From assembly GCA_001766825.1 (NCBI GenBank), contig LYOR01000001.1:287746-351745 (forward strand): DNA of 64,000 nucleotides, given 5' to 3'. Positions within the stretch are counted from its first letter, which is position 1. Each line of letters opens with the position of its first letter. Below are positions 8,854 to 17,009 of the stretch, one piece after another. This DNA comes from Candidatus Syntropharchaeum butanivorans. Lineage in GTDB: Archaea > Halobacteriota > Syntropharchaeia > Syntropharchaeales > Syntropharchaeaceae. A program made the translations under genes and the position numbers. The notes below the pieces were generated by a model. The model did not search any database and had not been told where the DNA came from. It was given only the letters and a program-made list of their open reading frames with translations.

Positions 8854-10725
8854 TTATCGCGCGGGTCTGATGAGGTCCCGCTCACCTGCAGGCTCATACT
8901 CCTTCGCAGCGCCCTTCGCGATGCAGAGCCTCACGTTCTTGAAGTCGAATGTAGAGTCAGGATCTGCAAATGCGACCTTAACCAGCGGGCTTGCACACCA
9001 TGAAGAACCCCTGCCGATCATAGCAGCGTATGTCCCGGTCACGTACCCCGGCGTGTGTGTTGCGGTGTATGAGAACATCGGATAGTTGGCCCCTCGAAGC
9101 TCCGGGAGTCCACCCTCCTCGATCCTGAGAGATGGCCCGTATGGAAGCCCTGCATGTGCCTGGACCTCCTGGCCTCCGAACCCGGTCCTGAGCCACCCCT
9201 CCTTCATGAGGAGTGAGACGACATAGTTCTGGACCATCATACCCATGAGCGAGTCGCCTGTCAGCAGGGATGCAAATGAGTTCGAGATTGCAGACGTGAT
9301 GAAGCATCTGATCGCACCACCCCAGTGAAGCTCCTGGAGTGTCGGATACTTCTCGTATGTCTCCATGAGATACAGGGCTGCGATCTCACCGAACCCCTTT
9401 GCGCAGTCCCAGGTGTCCGGTACACGTTCATGCCCCTCAAAGTTGTAGTAGCAGAGCTCGGTGAACCTGTTTAGCCAGTCATCCAGGATGTTACCGAGAT
9501 ACAGGTACGCGAACGCGGGGAACCCGACCCCGCCTGACATGTAGATACCATACCATACCGCATCAATCTGTGCCCCAACTGCGGCAGACTCAAGGACCGC
9601 TTGGGTCAGATCCTTTCCAAGCTGCATATCCCGATCAATGGAGACGACCTTGAGCCATGGCGTGTTCGGCATCTCCTTCTCCGCACAGCACATATCTGAC
9701 CAGTAACCGATCGGGATTCCACCGGGCTCATTCGGCGCATTTGTCCTTGAGAGCCACGTAGCAAGCCCCATGTGAATCGCCTGGGCGTGCCTCGTTGCGA
9801 AGGATATATCAGAGAGGACAGACTCACCTGTGAGTTTGTATGCAGCCACGAATGACATTGTCACCGCGATCGCAGCACTCCTGATCACAGCAGCGCCGTT
9901 TGTCATCCTCACCCTGAGTGTGTGGGTTCTGATCGTATTAAAGAGCCTGTTTCCGATCATCTCATTCAGAGGTTCAGCCCGTGTTGGATGGAACTCCTTA
10001 TCAATATTGAGCACCCATCTCCTGTCAAACTGATCCCGAAGGTCCGGGTTACCGGTTATGATCTTTGCATATGCATCTGTGACAAGCCCGGGATGTGTCT
10101 CTGCCATGTGCTCCTGGACAACCGCACCACCTGCAAGCACATGTTGGATCGTCTCCATGTAGAGGTTCATCGACTCAGGGGAGATCTCCTTACCGAGCCT
10201 GAGCTGGATGACCCGGTGTGGGACATCAAGCCCCATGATCACGGTCTTTCTCATGTCGTCCATCATCTGCTGGATTGCGCAGTTGTTGTAGACCGAGAAG
10301 TCATCATAATCCACGATGTAATCCGTGTTTGAGACAAGAACAGGCTCATAATATCGCTGGCCAAGCGGGATACCCATCTCACGGTTGTACTGTGGGATTC
10401 CACGCTCGATCGCGATCTTCTTACCCCATTCAACCCACATCCGCTTTGACCTGGACTGCTGGACACCACCATGCCGGTAGGATTGTTTATCCACGGTATC
10501 CATCGGCTCGCCCTCAAAGAGCGTGTGGAGCGCTTTGTACATCTCCCGCTGGCGCTCCACAGGCATGAACTGATCTTTCAGTTTCAGCGGATCGTACTGA
10601 TATGCAAGCTCCGTGGAAATGACAGTACCCTCTGTGACCTTGTGGAAGAGCTGATCCCGGTACCCTTCTGCAACCTCCTCAAGTGATGCTGGCTTTGCAC
10701 CAGCCTTCTTCTTCTTTTTTGCCAA
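8854..10725 (-). CDS. divergent methyl/alkyl-coenzyme M reductase alpha-subunit (McrA) homologue
   Basis: 623-aa ORF with a TTG start preceded by GGAGGTGAGGTGA. By-eye alignment to McrA is colinear over ~530 aa. Shared blocks are RGIPQYN, PLGQR, NNxAxQQMxDDxRKTVI, RLGKExxPE, GGAVVQEHMAETHP (axial-ligand Gln), AIHMG, NEPGGIPxGY, YMSGGVGF...NILDD, ELRGANYP, PLVKVAFADPD..FDF and EPAGERDLIRPA. Confidence 0.9.
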   Translation of the reverse strand: MAKKKKKAGAKPASLEEVAEGYRDQLFHKVTEGTVISTELAYQYDPLKLKDQFMPVERQREMYKALHTLFEGEPMDTVDKQSYRHGGVQQSRSKRMWVEWGKKIAIERGIPQYNREMGIPLGQRYYEPVLVSNTDYIVDYDDFSVYNNCAIQQMMDDMRKTVIMGLDVPHRVIQLRLGKEISPESMNLYMETIQHVLAGGAVVQEHMAETHPGLVTDAYAKIITGNPDLRDQFDRRWVLNIDKEFHPTRAEPLNEMIGNRLFNTIRTHTLRVRMTNGAAVIRSAAIAVTMSFVAAYKLTGESVLSDISFATRHAQAIHMGLATWLSRTNAPNEPGGIPIGYWSDMCCAEKEMPNTPWLKVVSIDRDMQLGKDLTQAVLESAAVGAQIDAVWYGIYMSGGVGFPAFAYLYLGNILDDWLNRFTELCYYNFEGHERVPDTWDCAKGFGEIAALYLMETYEKYPTLQELHWGGAIRCFITSAISNSFASLLTGDSLMGMMVQNYVVSLLMKEGWLRTGFGGQEVQAHAGLPYGPSLRIEEGGLPELRGANYPMFSYTATHTPGYVTGTYAAMIGRGSSWCASPLVKVAFADPDSTFDFKNVRLCIAKGAAKEYEPAGERDLIRPAR

Positions 10726-10762
10726 TTCACCTCACCTCCATAATTTTATAAAAATAAAAAAA

Positions 10763-11314
10763 TTACTTAAGCCCCCAGCGCCTGAGCTCATACTCCGCGG
10801 GATTCCCGTGCCCCTTGCCCTCAGGGGTGATCCCGTACTGATCAAGCTCATCCTGGGTGGGTTTGTACCCTTCTTTCTCGATCTTCTCCACGATCGCCAC
10901 ATACCCTGGCGGAGCCCTTGGCTCGCCATGCTCCTCGATCCAGCCAAACATCTTCCCCTCATTGGTGAACTTCTCCGCAGGCAACCTCAGGTTGTTCGTC
11001 CCAGGCTCAACCACCGGTACGTCACACCATCCTTCCCATCTCACCCACTTGTGACCATTCTCGCAGGTGTAGACGTAAAGTGGTGTTGCCTCCCCTCCAT
11101 AGACCATTGCCTTTGCCTTCGTCGTCTTTGGGCCAAGGAACCGCCCGGCATCAGGGACGTACGTGTAAAGCGGCTCCTTGTTCACGATCTTTGCCTTGCA
11201 TGCCGGTATATTATATATATCGTTATCAAAGCCGGAATGTGGACAGAGCTTGTCCACGTTTACCATACCATTCTCAATGATCTTCTTGGTAACGCTGTAA
11301 TCTATCGGCGGCAT
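10763..11314 (-). CDS. hypothetical protein (4 Cys), McrA-like operon member
   Basis: 183-aa ORF, 3 nt after the 375-aa gene and 37 nt before the McrA-like gene. Cys residues occur at CPHSG, PAC, TCENGH and GWC. I find no resemblance to McrG, McrC or McrD. Confidence 0.6.
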   Translation of the reverse strand: MPPIDYSVTKKIIENGMVNVDKLCPHSGFDNDIYNIPACKAKIVNKEPLYTYVPDAGRFLGPKTTKAKAMVYGGEATPLYVYTCENGHKWVRWEGWCDVPVVEPGTNNLRLPAEKFTNEGKMFGWIEEHGEPRAPPGYVAIVEKIEKEGYKPTQDELDQYGITPEGKGHGNPAEYELRRWGLK

Positions 11315-11317
11315 CTT

Positions 11318-12445
11318 TCACACCTCCTCCATCATCCACTCGGGATGCTCCTTCCTTGCTTTATATATGATCTCAGTGGCATCCCTGTGCGAGACCACAG
11401 TCTTTGCCGGGAGTGGATACTCTGTTGGATGCTGGACCCTTGCCTCCTCACCATAGATGTACTTGGACTGCTTGAACGTATCCGGGAAGACGTACCTGTC
11501 CATACCATACCTTATAATCCGCCTTGCGGTCTCCTCTGGAGTGCATGGAACGATCTCCATACCCTCTATCTCAAGGTGTATCTCATGTGGTGAGATCGTG
11601 TACTTGCTGGACCAGTTATCACCCAGAATCAGCGCGTTCCACCTCCAGTTGAAGATATCAGGCGGATTTTCCACGAGAAGCTCAAGCCCCACTGGCCTTG
11701 GTAGCTCATCGCAGGTTGACTTGAAGGGCCAGCCCATCTTCTCACAGTTGAAGAACGGGTACATCCCCATGACCGCGTCCATCGTGGATCTTGAGGGGAA
11801 AGCCTCGTTGTACCCGTGATGGGACTGCCAGCATCCCTGATGGTATGCAGACATCGCATACTCCGGAGTATCCTCGTTTCTGACATCCATCAGGATATCT
11901 CTGATGAGCATCACAGCCTCAAACGCTGGGTAGGAGTATGGGAGATCTCTCACCGGTTTTCCAACCTTCATGTGCTTCCGCTCAATAAGCTCCTGCCCCT
12001 CACCTGGATCCGTCATCGCGATGTACGTCATCACACCATCCTCGTAGTGGTACGAGACGGTATGAGGGTTTGCCCTCCCTGAGAAGTTATCTGATTGCAG
12101 CCAGCATAGATCGAGGGACTTGCCGAATAACGCAATCGTTGCCGCAGGATCAAGCGGAACAGCCGCGGAGTAACAGGGTGGATAACCAAGTGTAACGGTT
12201 GTTTTATCCGGGTCTGTCAGAAGCCCCTGGGTCCAGAGATTGACCGTCTGAGAGGATTCAAGCATCCCGATCCTCCACCACTGTGAGACCTCGGTCTGCC
12301 GATACTTATCAAGCGCCTGTGTAAGCTTGAGTGGGGTCTCACGCTTCGGGTCCCCGGGTCTTCCGACCACATGCGTCTCAAACATCCACCGCTCATACGC
12401 CCATTCCTCTGTGAAATCGTGATGCGGCCTTCCTATCTTCTCCAT
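11318..12445 (-). CDS. hypothetical protein, first gene of the McrA-like operon
   Basis: 375-aa ORF with an ATG start and GGAGG 7 nt upstream. It is Trp/aromatic-rich. The McrB hallmarks as I remember them (e.g. the C-terminal Gly-rich SIYGGGGPG block) are absent. No family recognised. Confidence 0.65.
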   Translation of the reverse strand: MEKIGRPHHDFTEEWAYERWMFETHVVGRPGDPKRETPLKLTQALDKYRQTEVSQWWRIGMLESSQTVNLWTQGLLTDPDKTTVTLGYPPCYSAAVPLDPAATIALFGKSLDLCWLQSDNFSGRANPHTVSYHYEDGVMTYIAMTDPGEGQELIERKHMKVGKPVRDLPYSYPAFEAVMLIRDILMDVRNEDTPEYAMSAYHQGCWQSHHGYNEAFPSRSTMDAVMGMYPFFNCEKMGWPFKSTCDELPRPVGLELLVENPPDIFNWRWNALILGDNWSSKYTISPHEIHLEIEGMEIVPCTPEETARRIIRYGMDRYVFPDTFKQSKYIYGEEARVQHPTEYPLPAKTVVSHRDATEIIYKARKEHPEWMMEEV

Positions 12446-12581
12446 CTAAGCGCCTCCTTTTATATCACAATTAATCTGCATATATATGCTTGCATACCCC
12501 TATCTCAACTCATTCTATATATAGTTAATGCTTTGGAGATTCACCGAGCCATCCTGAGATTCCTGAGATACCTGCGTGTGA
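12446..12581 (-). promoter_or_regulatory. putative promoter/leader of the McrA-like operon
   Basis: This is a 136-bp AT-rich spacer between the PolX stop and the 375-aa gene start. SD GGAGG lies at 12453-12457 (minus sense). Palindromic TATA-like elements are GCATATATATGC (12478-12489) and CTATATATAG (12515-12524). Motif-level evidence only. Confidence 0.3.
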
Positions 12582-14291
12582 TCACGGTTTCAGGGTCCTC
12601 AGAAGCTCATCAAGCGAGCGTGTATTGAGAACGTCATCCTTCTCAAGCCATCCACGCCTTGCCGTTGCAACCCCAAAGTGCATATACTCCATCTGGGACG
12701 TGTCATGTGCATCCGTTGAGATTGCGACCTTAACACCCTTTTTCTTTGCGTATCTTGCATGTGTATCTTTAATATCAAGCCGTCTCGGGTTTGCATTGAG
12801 CTCAAGGATCGTTCCGGTACTCCCTGCTGCATCGATTAAAGCCTCGATATCCACATCATACGGGTCTCTTTTACCGATTATGCGACCTGTTGGGTGTGCG
12901 ATTATATCAACATTGGGGTTCTCGATCGCACTCAAGATCCTCGCTGTCATCTCCTCCTTTTTCTGCGTGAGATTTGTATGAACTGCTGCAATAACGATAT
13001 CAAGCTTTTCAAGGATTTTGTCTGGTAAATCAAGCCTGTTATCAGATCTTATATCAACTTCAATACCTGAAAGTACCCTGAAATCATCAAGATCCCCATT
13101 TATCCGCTCAATCTCATCCATCTGCCTGATTAACCGCTTCTCATCAAGACCTCCGGTGATGCCAACAGCAGGCGTGTGGTCAGATATCGCGATGTACTCA
13201 TACTCCAAGGACCGTGCCTTATCAACGATCTCCCTGATCGAGGATCTGCCATCGCTCCAGTCAGAGTGTACATGAAGATCTCCCCGGATATCAGAAAGCT
13301 CAATGAGATCTGGAAGCTCGCCCCTTGCTGCCGCTTCTATCTCATCCTGCCCCTCCCTGAGCTCAGGTGGTATGAAAGAAAGACCCAGGCTGTGATAAAC
13401 ATCCTCCTCCCTCCTGCCAGCTATCTTCTCATCCTGCCTGAAGACGCCGTACTCATTGAGCTTGAGTCCTTTCCTGAGGGCAAGCTCCCTCAGCTTGATG
13501 TTATGAAGCTGCGACCCTGTAAAGTACTGAAGCGCTGATCCAAAGCTATCCGGATCTACAACCCTCAGATCTGCCTGTATATCACCTATGATCACGCTCG
13601 TCTTTCTCTCTCCACTCGCGATCACCTCACTCACACCCTCCAACGTCTTGAACGCATCCATGACATCCCTGGGTCTATGGGATGCAACCAGTATGTCGAT
13701 ATCCCCTATCGTCTCCTTCATCCGCCGGATGCTACCTGCATATGAGATCTCAACGGCTGATTCAAGATTTTTAAGGGACTCAACGATCCTCTTAGCCTGA
13801 AAATAAGCCACATCAAGGGGTGTTCGCTCCTTCTGTCTCCTGTAGAGTGCGATACCTTTTAATATCTTCTCCTCGGTCTTTGCACCCATCCCAAAGAGGT
13901 GCTGGAGCTCGTGGTTCTTTGCCGCCCTCTCAAGCGATGCAATATCGGTAATTCCACATTCCCTGAAGAGCTTTGCAACCGTCTTTGGGCCAACCCCCGG
14001 GATTGAAAGAAGCTCGAGGAGACCAGCAGGAAGAGAGTTTCTCAGATCCTCGTAATATTTCAGCCTTCCCGTCGTTATGATCTCGTAGATCTTCTTTGCC
14101 AGTGCATCTCCAATCCCTGGAAGCTTTTTAAGCTCGTTTTTCGATTTAAATCTTGACAAATCCGCTGTAAGATTTTCTATTGTTCTTGCCGCCCTTCTGT
14201 ATGCCCTGATCTTGAATTTATCACCATCCAGGACCTCTAAAATATCAGCAATCTCATCGAAGATCCTGGCCACCTCTCTGTTCTCAACCAT
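12582..14291 (-). CDS. polX: DNA polymerase X family protein with C-terminal PHP domain
   Basis: 569-aa ORF with the N-terminal PolX signature (NREVARIFDEIADILEVLDGDKFKIRAYRRAARTIE), HhH motifs (LPGIGDALAKKI, IPGVGPKTVAKL) and PHP histidines (GDLHVHSDWSDG). Confidence 0.9.
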   Translation of the reverse strand: MVENREVARIFDEIADILEVLDGDKFKIRAYRRAARTIENLTADLSRFKSKNELKKLPGIGDALAKKIYEIITTGRLKYYEDLRNSLPAGLLELLSIPGVGPKTVAKLFRECGITDIASLERAAKNHELQHLFGMGAKTEEKILKGIALYRRQKERTPLDVAYFQAKRIVESLKNLESAVEISYAGSIRRMKETIGDIDILVASHRPRDVMDAFKTLEGVSEVIASGERKTSVIIGDIQADLRVVDPDSFGSALQYFTGSQLHNIKLRELALRKGLKLNEYGVFRQDEKIAGRREEDVYHSLGLSFIPPELREGQDEIEAAARGELPDLIELSDIRGDLHVHSDWSDGRSSIREIVDKARSLEYEYIAISDHTPAVGITGGLDEKRLIRQMDEIERINGDLDDFRVLSGIEVDIRSDNRLDLPDKILEKLDIVIAAVHTNLTQKKEEMTARILSAIENPNVDIIAHPTGRIIGKRDPYDVDIEALIDAAGSTGTILELNANPRRLDIKDTHARYAKKKGVKVAISTDAHDTSQMEYMHFGVATARRGWLEKDDVLNTRSLDELLRTLKP

Positions 14292-14341
14292 CAGAGGATA
14301 CTTATCCCATACTCATAAATAATACCGGGTAGTAAGATGGG

Positions 14342-16648
14342 ATGATGATGTCTGATAAACCTGTTGTCTGGTTGCGGGATGTCGACTCATCAGATCTTGG
14401 ACTTGTTGGTGGAAAAGGGGCAAGTCTTGGGGAGATGATGAAGATAGGGTTACCCGTACCCGAAGCTTTTGCCGTTACAGCGACTGCATTCAGAGAGTTT
14501 ATAGACCGGACCGGGATTGCTGATGAGCTCTTCAGGGTGCTTGATGTGAATGTTGATGATGGGGTGGAGCTTAAAAAGGCCGAAGATGCAGCAAAGAAGC
14601 TCATACTATCTGCAGAAATGCCACCCCGGATCAAAGATGCGATTATTGATGCGTATGATGCGATGTGTGAGGAGGAGGGGGGTGAGGAGGTCTTTGTTGC
14701 GGTGAGATCGTCTGCCACCGCGGAGGATCTGCCTGATGCAAGCTTTGCAGGTCAACAGGATACGTTTCTTAACATCAGAGGAAAAGATGCAGTCCTTGAG
14801 GCTGTTAAGAAGTGCTGGGCGTCGCTTTATAATTCACGTGCAATATTCTACCGTGTTAAACATGGTTTCGAGCACCGTAAGGTGAACATCTCGGTCGTGG
14901 TTCAGAAGATGGTTAATTCAAAGAAAGCCGGGGTGATGTTCACCCGGGATCCCTCAACCGGTGCGATGAGGACGATCATCGAGGCCTCATGGGGGCTTGG
15001 GGAGGCAGTTGTCTCAGGCTCAGTCTCCCCGGATAGCTACATCGTCGATCGTGAGTCAAAGGAGATCATCAGCACGCATGTTGGGATGAAGGAGATCATG
15101 CATATCAGGGACCCTGAGACGGGTGAGACTGTTGTTGTCCCTGTTCCTGACGATATGAAGGAGAAGCGGGTTTTAACAGATGATGAGATCATGAAGCTCG
15201 TTGAACTCGGAGAGAAGGTGGAAGAACACTATGGAGTACCACAGGATACAGAGTGGGGGATCGAAGAGGATGGGAGGATCTACATGCTCCAGTCACGTCC
15301 TATCACAACGATAAAGGAGGTGAAAGAAACATCAACCTCTGAAGAGGGCGTGGGAGAAGATATAATACTTGTAGGTCTCGGGGCATCGCCAGGGGTGGCT
15401 TCAGGGCGGGTCAAGATCATAAGGAGTATCGATGAGCTCCCGAAGGTCGAGGAGGGCGATATCATGGTGACCCGGATGACAACCCCGGATATGGTACCCG
15501 CGATGAAGCGAGCGGTTGCAATTGTGACTGATGAAGGGGGGCTTACGTGTCATGCCGCGATCGTCTCAAGGGAGCTGAGCACCCCGGCGGTTGTTGGAAC
15601 CAAACGTGCGACAGAGGTTCTGAAAGATGGTATGATCGTCACGGTCGATGGTGAGAAGGGTAAGATATACAGGGGAAGCCTCATCAGGGAGGAGGCTCAC
15701 GAGGAGGTGCATTTCCAGGCTGTAAGCTGGAAACCGATAACAGCAACCGAGATTAAGGTCAATATATCAATACCTGAGGCAGCGGAGAAGGCAGCAGCAA
15801 CCGGAGCTGATGGCGTCGGGCTTCTGAGGATTGAGCATATGATCCTCGGGCTCAACAAGCACCCATCCCTCTACATCGCAGAAGGTAAAGAGGAAGAGTA
15901 CATCAACGAGCTTGTTAAAGGGATCAAGAGGGTGGCTGATGCCTTCTATCCGAGGCCGGTATGGGTGAGGACACTTGATGCCCCGACAGATGAGTTCAGA
16001 GCGATGAAAGGTGGAGAGCATGAACCGATCGAGCATAACCCGATGCTTGGATGGCGGGGTATACGGAGGGATCTGACAGATACTGAGCACTTCAAGCTTG
16101 AGCTCAGAGCCTTCAAGAAGCTCTTTGAGCTTGGATACAGGAACATCGGCATCATGCTCCCGATGGTTCAGCACCCCTCAGAGCTTAAGAGGGCAAAGCA
16201 GCTCATGGAGGAGGTCGGGATCGACCTTGAGACGACGACGATCGGGATAATGATCGAGACACCGGCGGCCGCGATCATAATCGAGGACTTCATCGATGAG
16301 GGTATCGACTTCGTATCATTCGGGACGAACGATCTCACCCAGTATACACTCGCGATCGATCGTAACAACGAGAACGTGGCAGCCCTGTATAATGAGCGCC
16401 ATCCAGCAGTGATGAAGCTGATTGAGTACGTGATCAGGGTCTGCAGAGAGCGGGGTGTGATGACATCGGTCTGTGGACAGGCGGGATCAAAGCCCGAGAT
16501 CGTCAAGAAGCTTGTTGAGTTTGGAATATCGAGCATCTCTGCAAATATCGATGCGGTAGAGGCCATCCGCAACACCGTTGCAAGAGAGGAGCAGAAGCTA
16601 CTCGTTGAACTCGTCAGATCCAGCAAAAAAGGACTGAATCGAGATTAA
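14342..16648 (+). CDS. ppsA: phosphoenolpyruvate synthase (pyruvate, water dikinase)
   Basis: 768-aa ORF with an N-terminal ATP-grasp (VGGKGASLGEM), the phosphohistidine swivel motif (GGLTCHAAIVSRELSTPAVVG) and a C-terminal PEP-utilising TIM-barrel block (SFGTNDLTQYT). Confidence 0.92.
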   Translation: MMMSDKPVVWLRDVDSSDLGLVGGKGASLGEMMKIGLPVPEAFAVTATAFREFIDRTGIADELFRVLDVNVDDGVELKKAEDAAKKLILSAEMPPRIKDAIIDAYDAMCEEEGGEEVFVAVRSSATAEDLPDASFAGQQDTFLNIRGKDAVLEAVKKCWASLYNSRAIFYRVKHGFEHRKVNISVVVQKMVNSKKAGVMFTRDPSTGAMRTIIEASWGLGEAVVSGSVSPDSYIVDRESKEIISTHVGMKEIMHIRDPETGETVVVPVPDDMKEKRVLTDDEIMKLVELGEKVEEHYGVPQDTEWGIEEDGRIYMLQSRPITTIKEVKETSTSEEGVGEDIILVGLGASPGVASGRVKIIRSIDELPKVEEGDIMVTRMTTPDMVPAMKRAVAIVTDEGGLTCHAAIVSRELSTPAVVGTKRATEVLKDGMIVTVDGEKGKIYRGSLIREEAHEEVHFQAVSWKPITATEIKVNISIPEAAEKAAATGADGVGLLRIEHMILGLNKHPSLYIAEGKEEEYINELVKGIKRVADAFYPRPVWVRTLDAPTDEFRAMKGGEHEPIEHNPMLGWRGIRRDLTDTEHFKLELRAFKKLFELGYRNIGIMLPMVQHPSELKRAKQLMEEVGIDLETTTIGIMIETPAAAIIIEDFIDEGIDFVSFGTNDLTQYTLAIDRNNENVAALYNERHPAVMKLIEYVIRVCRERGVMTSVCGQAGSKPEIVKKLVEFGISSISANIDAVEAIRNTVAREEQKLLVELVRSSKKGLNRD

Positions 16649-16650
16649 AT

Positions 16651-16685
16651 CAATAGATTGGGGAGTAAAATCCCCCACTCTATTG
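16651..16685. terminator. hairpin between the convergent ppsA and albA genes
   Basis: CAATAGATTGGGGAG-TAAAA-TCCCCCACTCTATTG. The 15-nt arms give 12 Watson-Crick pairs plus 1 G-U and 2 mismatches. The hairpin overlaps the albA stop. Its function as a terminator is inferred only. Confidence 0.3.
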
Positions 16686-16955
16686 TGCCTTCAAGAAGAT
16701 CTCGATGGAGGATACGCTTATCATATCCCCTTTACTACCTTGAAGCTCCTCAGTGGCAATCTCAATCTTGTCGACGACGACATTAGGCATGAACTTGTTC
16801 CTCACAACCTCAGCCGTGTCGACAGCCCTTGAGATCGCACGGCCACGTGCCTTTATCACCACCTCATCACTACCATCGTTGAACTGCGTCACCACCGCAA
16901 GCACATAGCTCATCACCGGTTTGTTGCCCACATATATCACATTGTCTTCTGCCAT
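16680..16955 (-). CDS. albA: DNA/RNA-binding protein Alba
   Basis: [25 protein letters not shown]...[24 protein letters not shown] is the classic Alba sequence. I place the start at the internal ATG (16955), giving ~91 aa. The ORF-track start at 17006 adds an implausible 17-aa leader. Confidence 0.9.
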   Translation of the reverse strand: MAEDNVIYVGNKPVMSYVLAVVTQFNDGSDEVVIKARGRAISRAVDTAEVVRNKFMPNVVVDKIEIATEELQGSKGDMISVSSIEIFLKAQ

Positions 16956-17009
16956 TAAGATCGCCCTCCAATACCTTCTCCACGTAGGGATACGATAGCT
17001 TATCATTGC

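Noticed and set aside
10808-11593. 261-aa ORF on the plus strand across the 183-aa/375-aa gene junction
   Set aside because: It lies antisense to two tightly coupled, better-supported minus-strand genes. Its product is Leu/Pro/His/Arg-rich and low-complexity, with no motifs. This is a typical shadow ORF in GC-rich coding DNA.
11318-12445. Could the 375-aa first gene simply be McrB, and the 183/198-aa genes McrG/McrC/McrD?
   Set aside because: I compared them by eye with remembered McrB, McrG and McrC sequences and found no shared blocks. Examples are the McrB C-terminal Gly-rich SIYGGGGPG region and the McrG RGxDxGTLSGRQ and HGHSLRLDE blocks. The lengths are also off (375 vs ~440 aa; 183/198 vs ~250 aa). 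I therefore do not label them Mcr subunits, but remote homology can only be excluded with profile or structure searches.
6698-12581. The McrA-like cluster as a tRNA-Asp-integrated genomic island
   Set aside because: There is no integrase and no direct repeat of the tRNA 3' end that I could find. Spot G+C of the cluster matches the neighbouring housekeeping genes. Adjacency to a tRNA alone is not evidence of an island.
14302-14718. 138-aa Ser/Ala-rich minus-strand ORF
   Set aside because: It lies entirely antisense to the well-supported 5' end of ppsA and has a low-complexity composition. It is a shadow ORF. The same reasoning applies to other long antisense ORFs in the track, such as 76-762(-), 279-770(-), 17003-17329(-), 25024-25464(-), 40883-41452(-) and 57127-57666(+).
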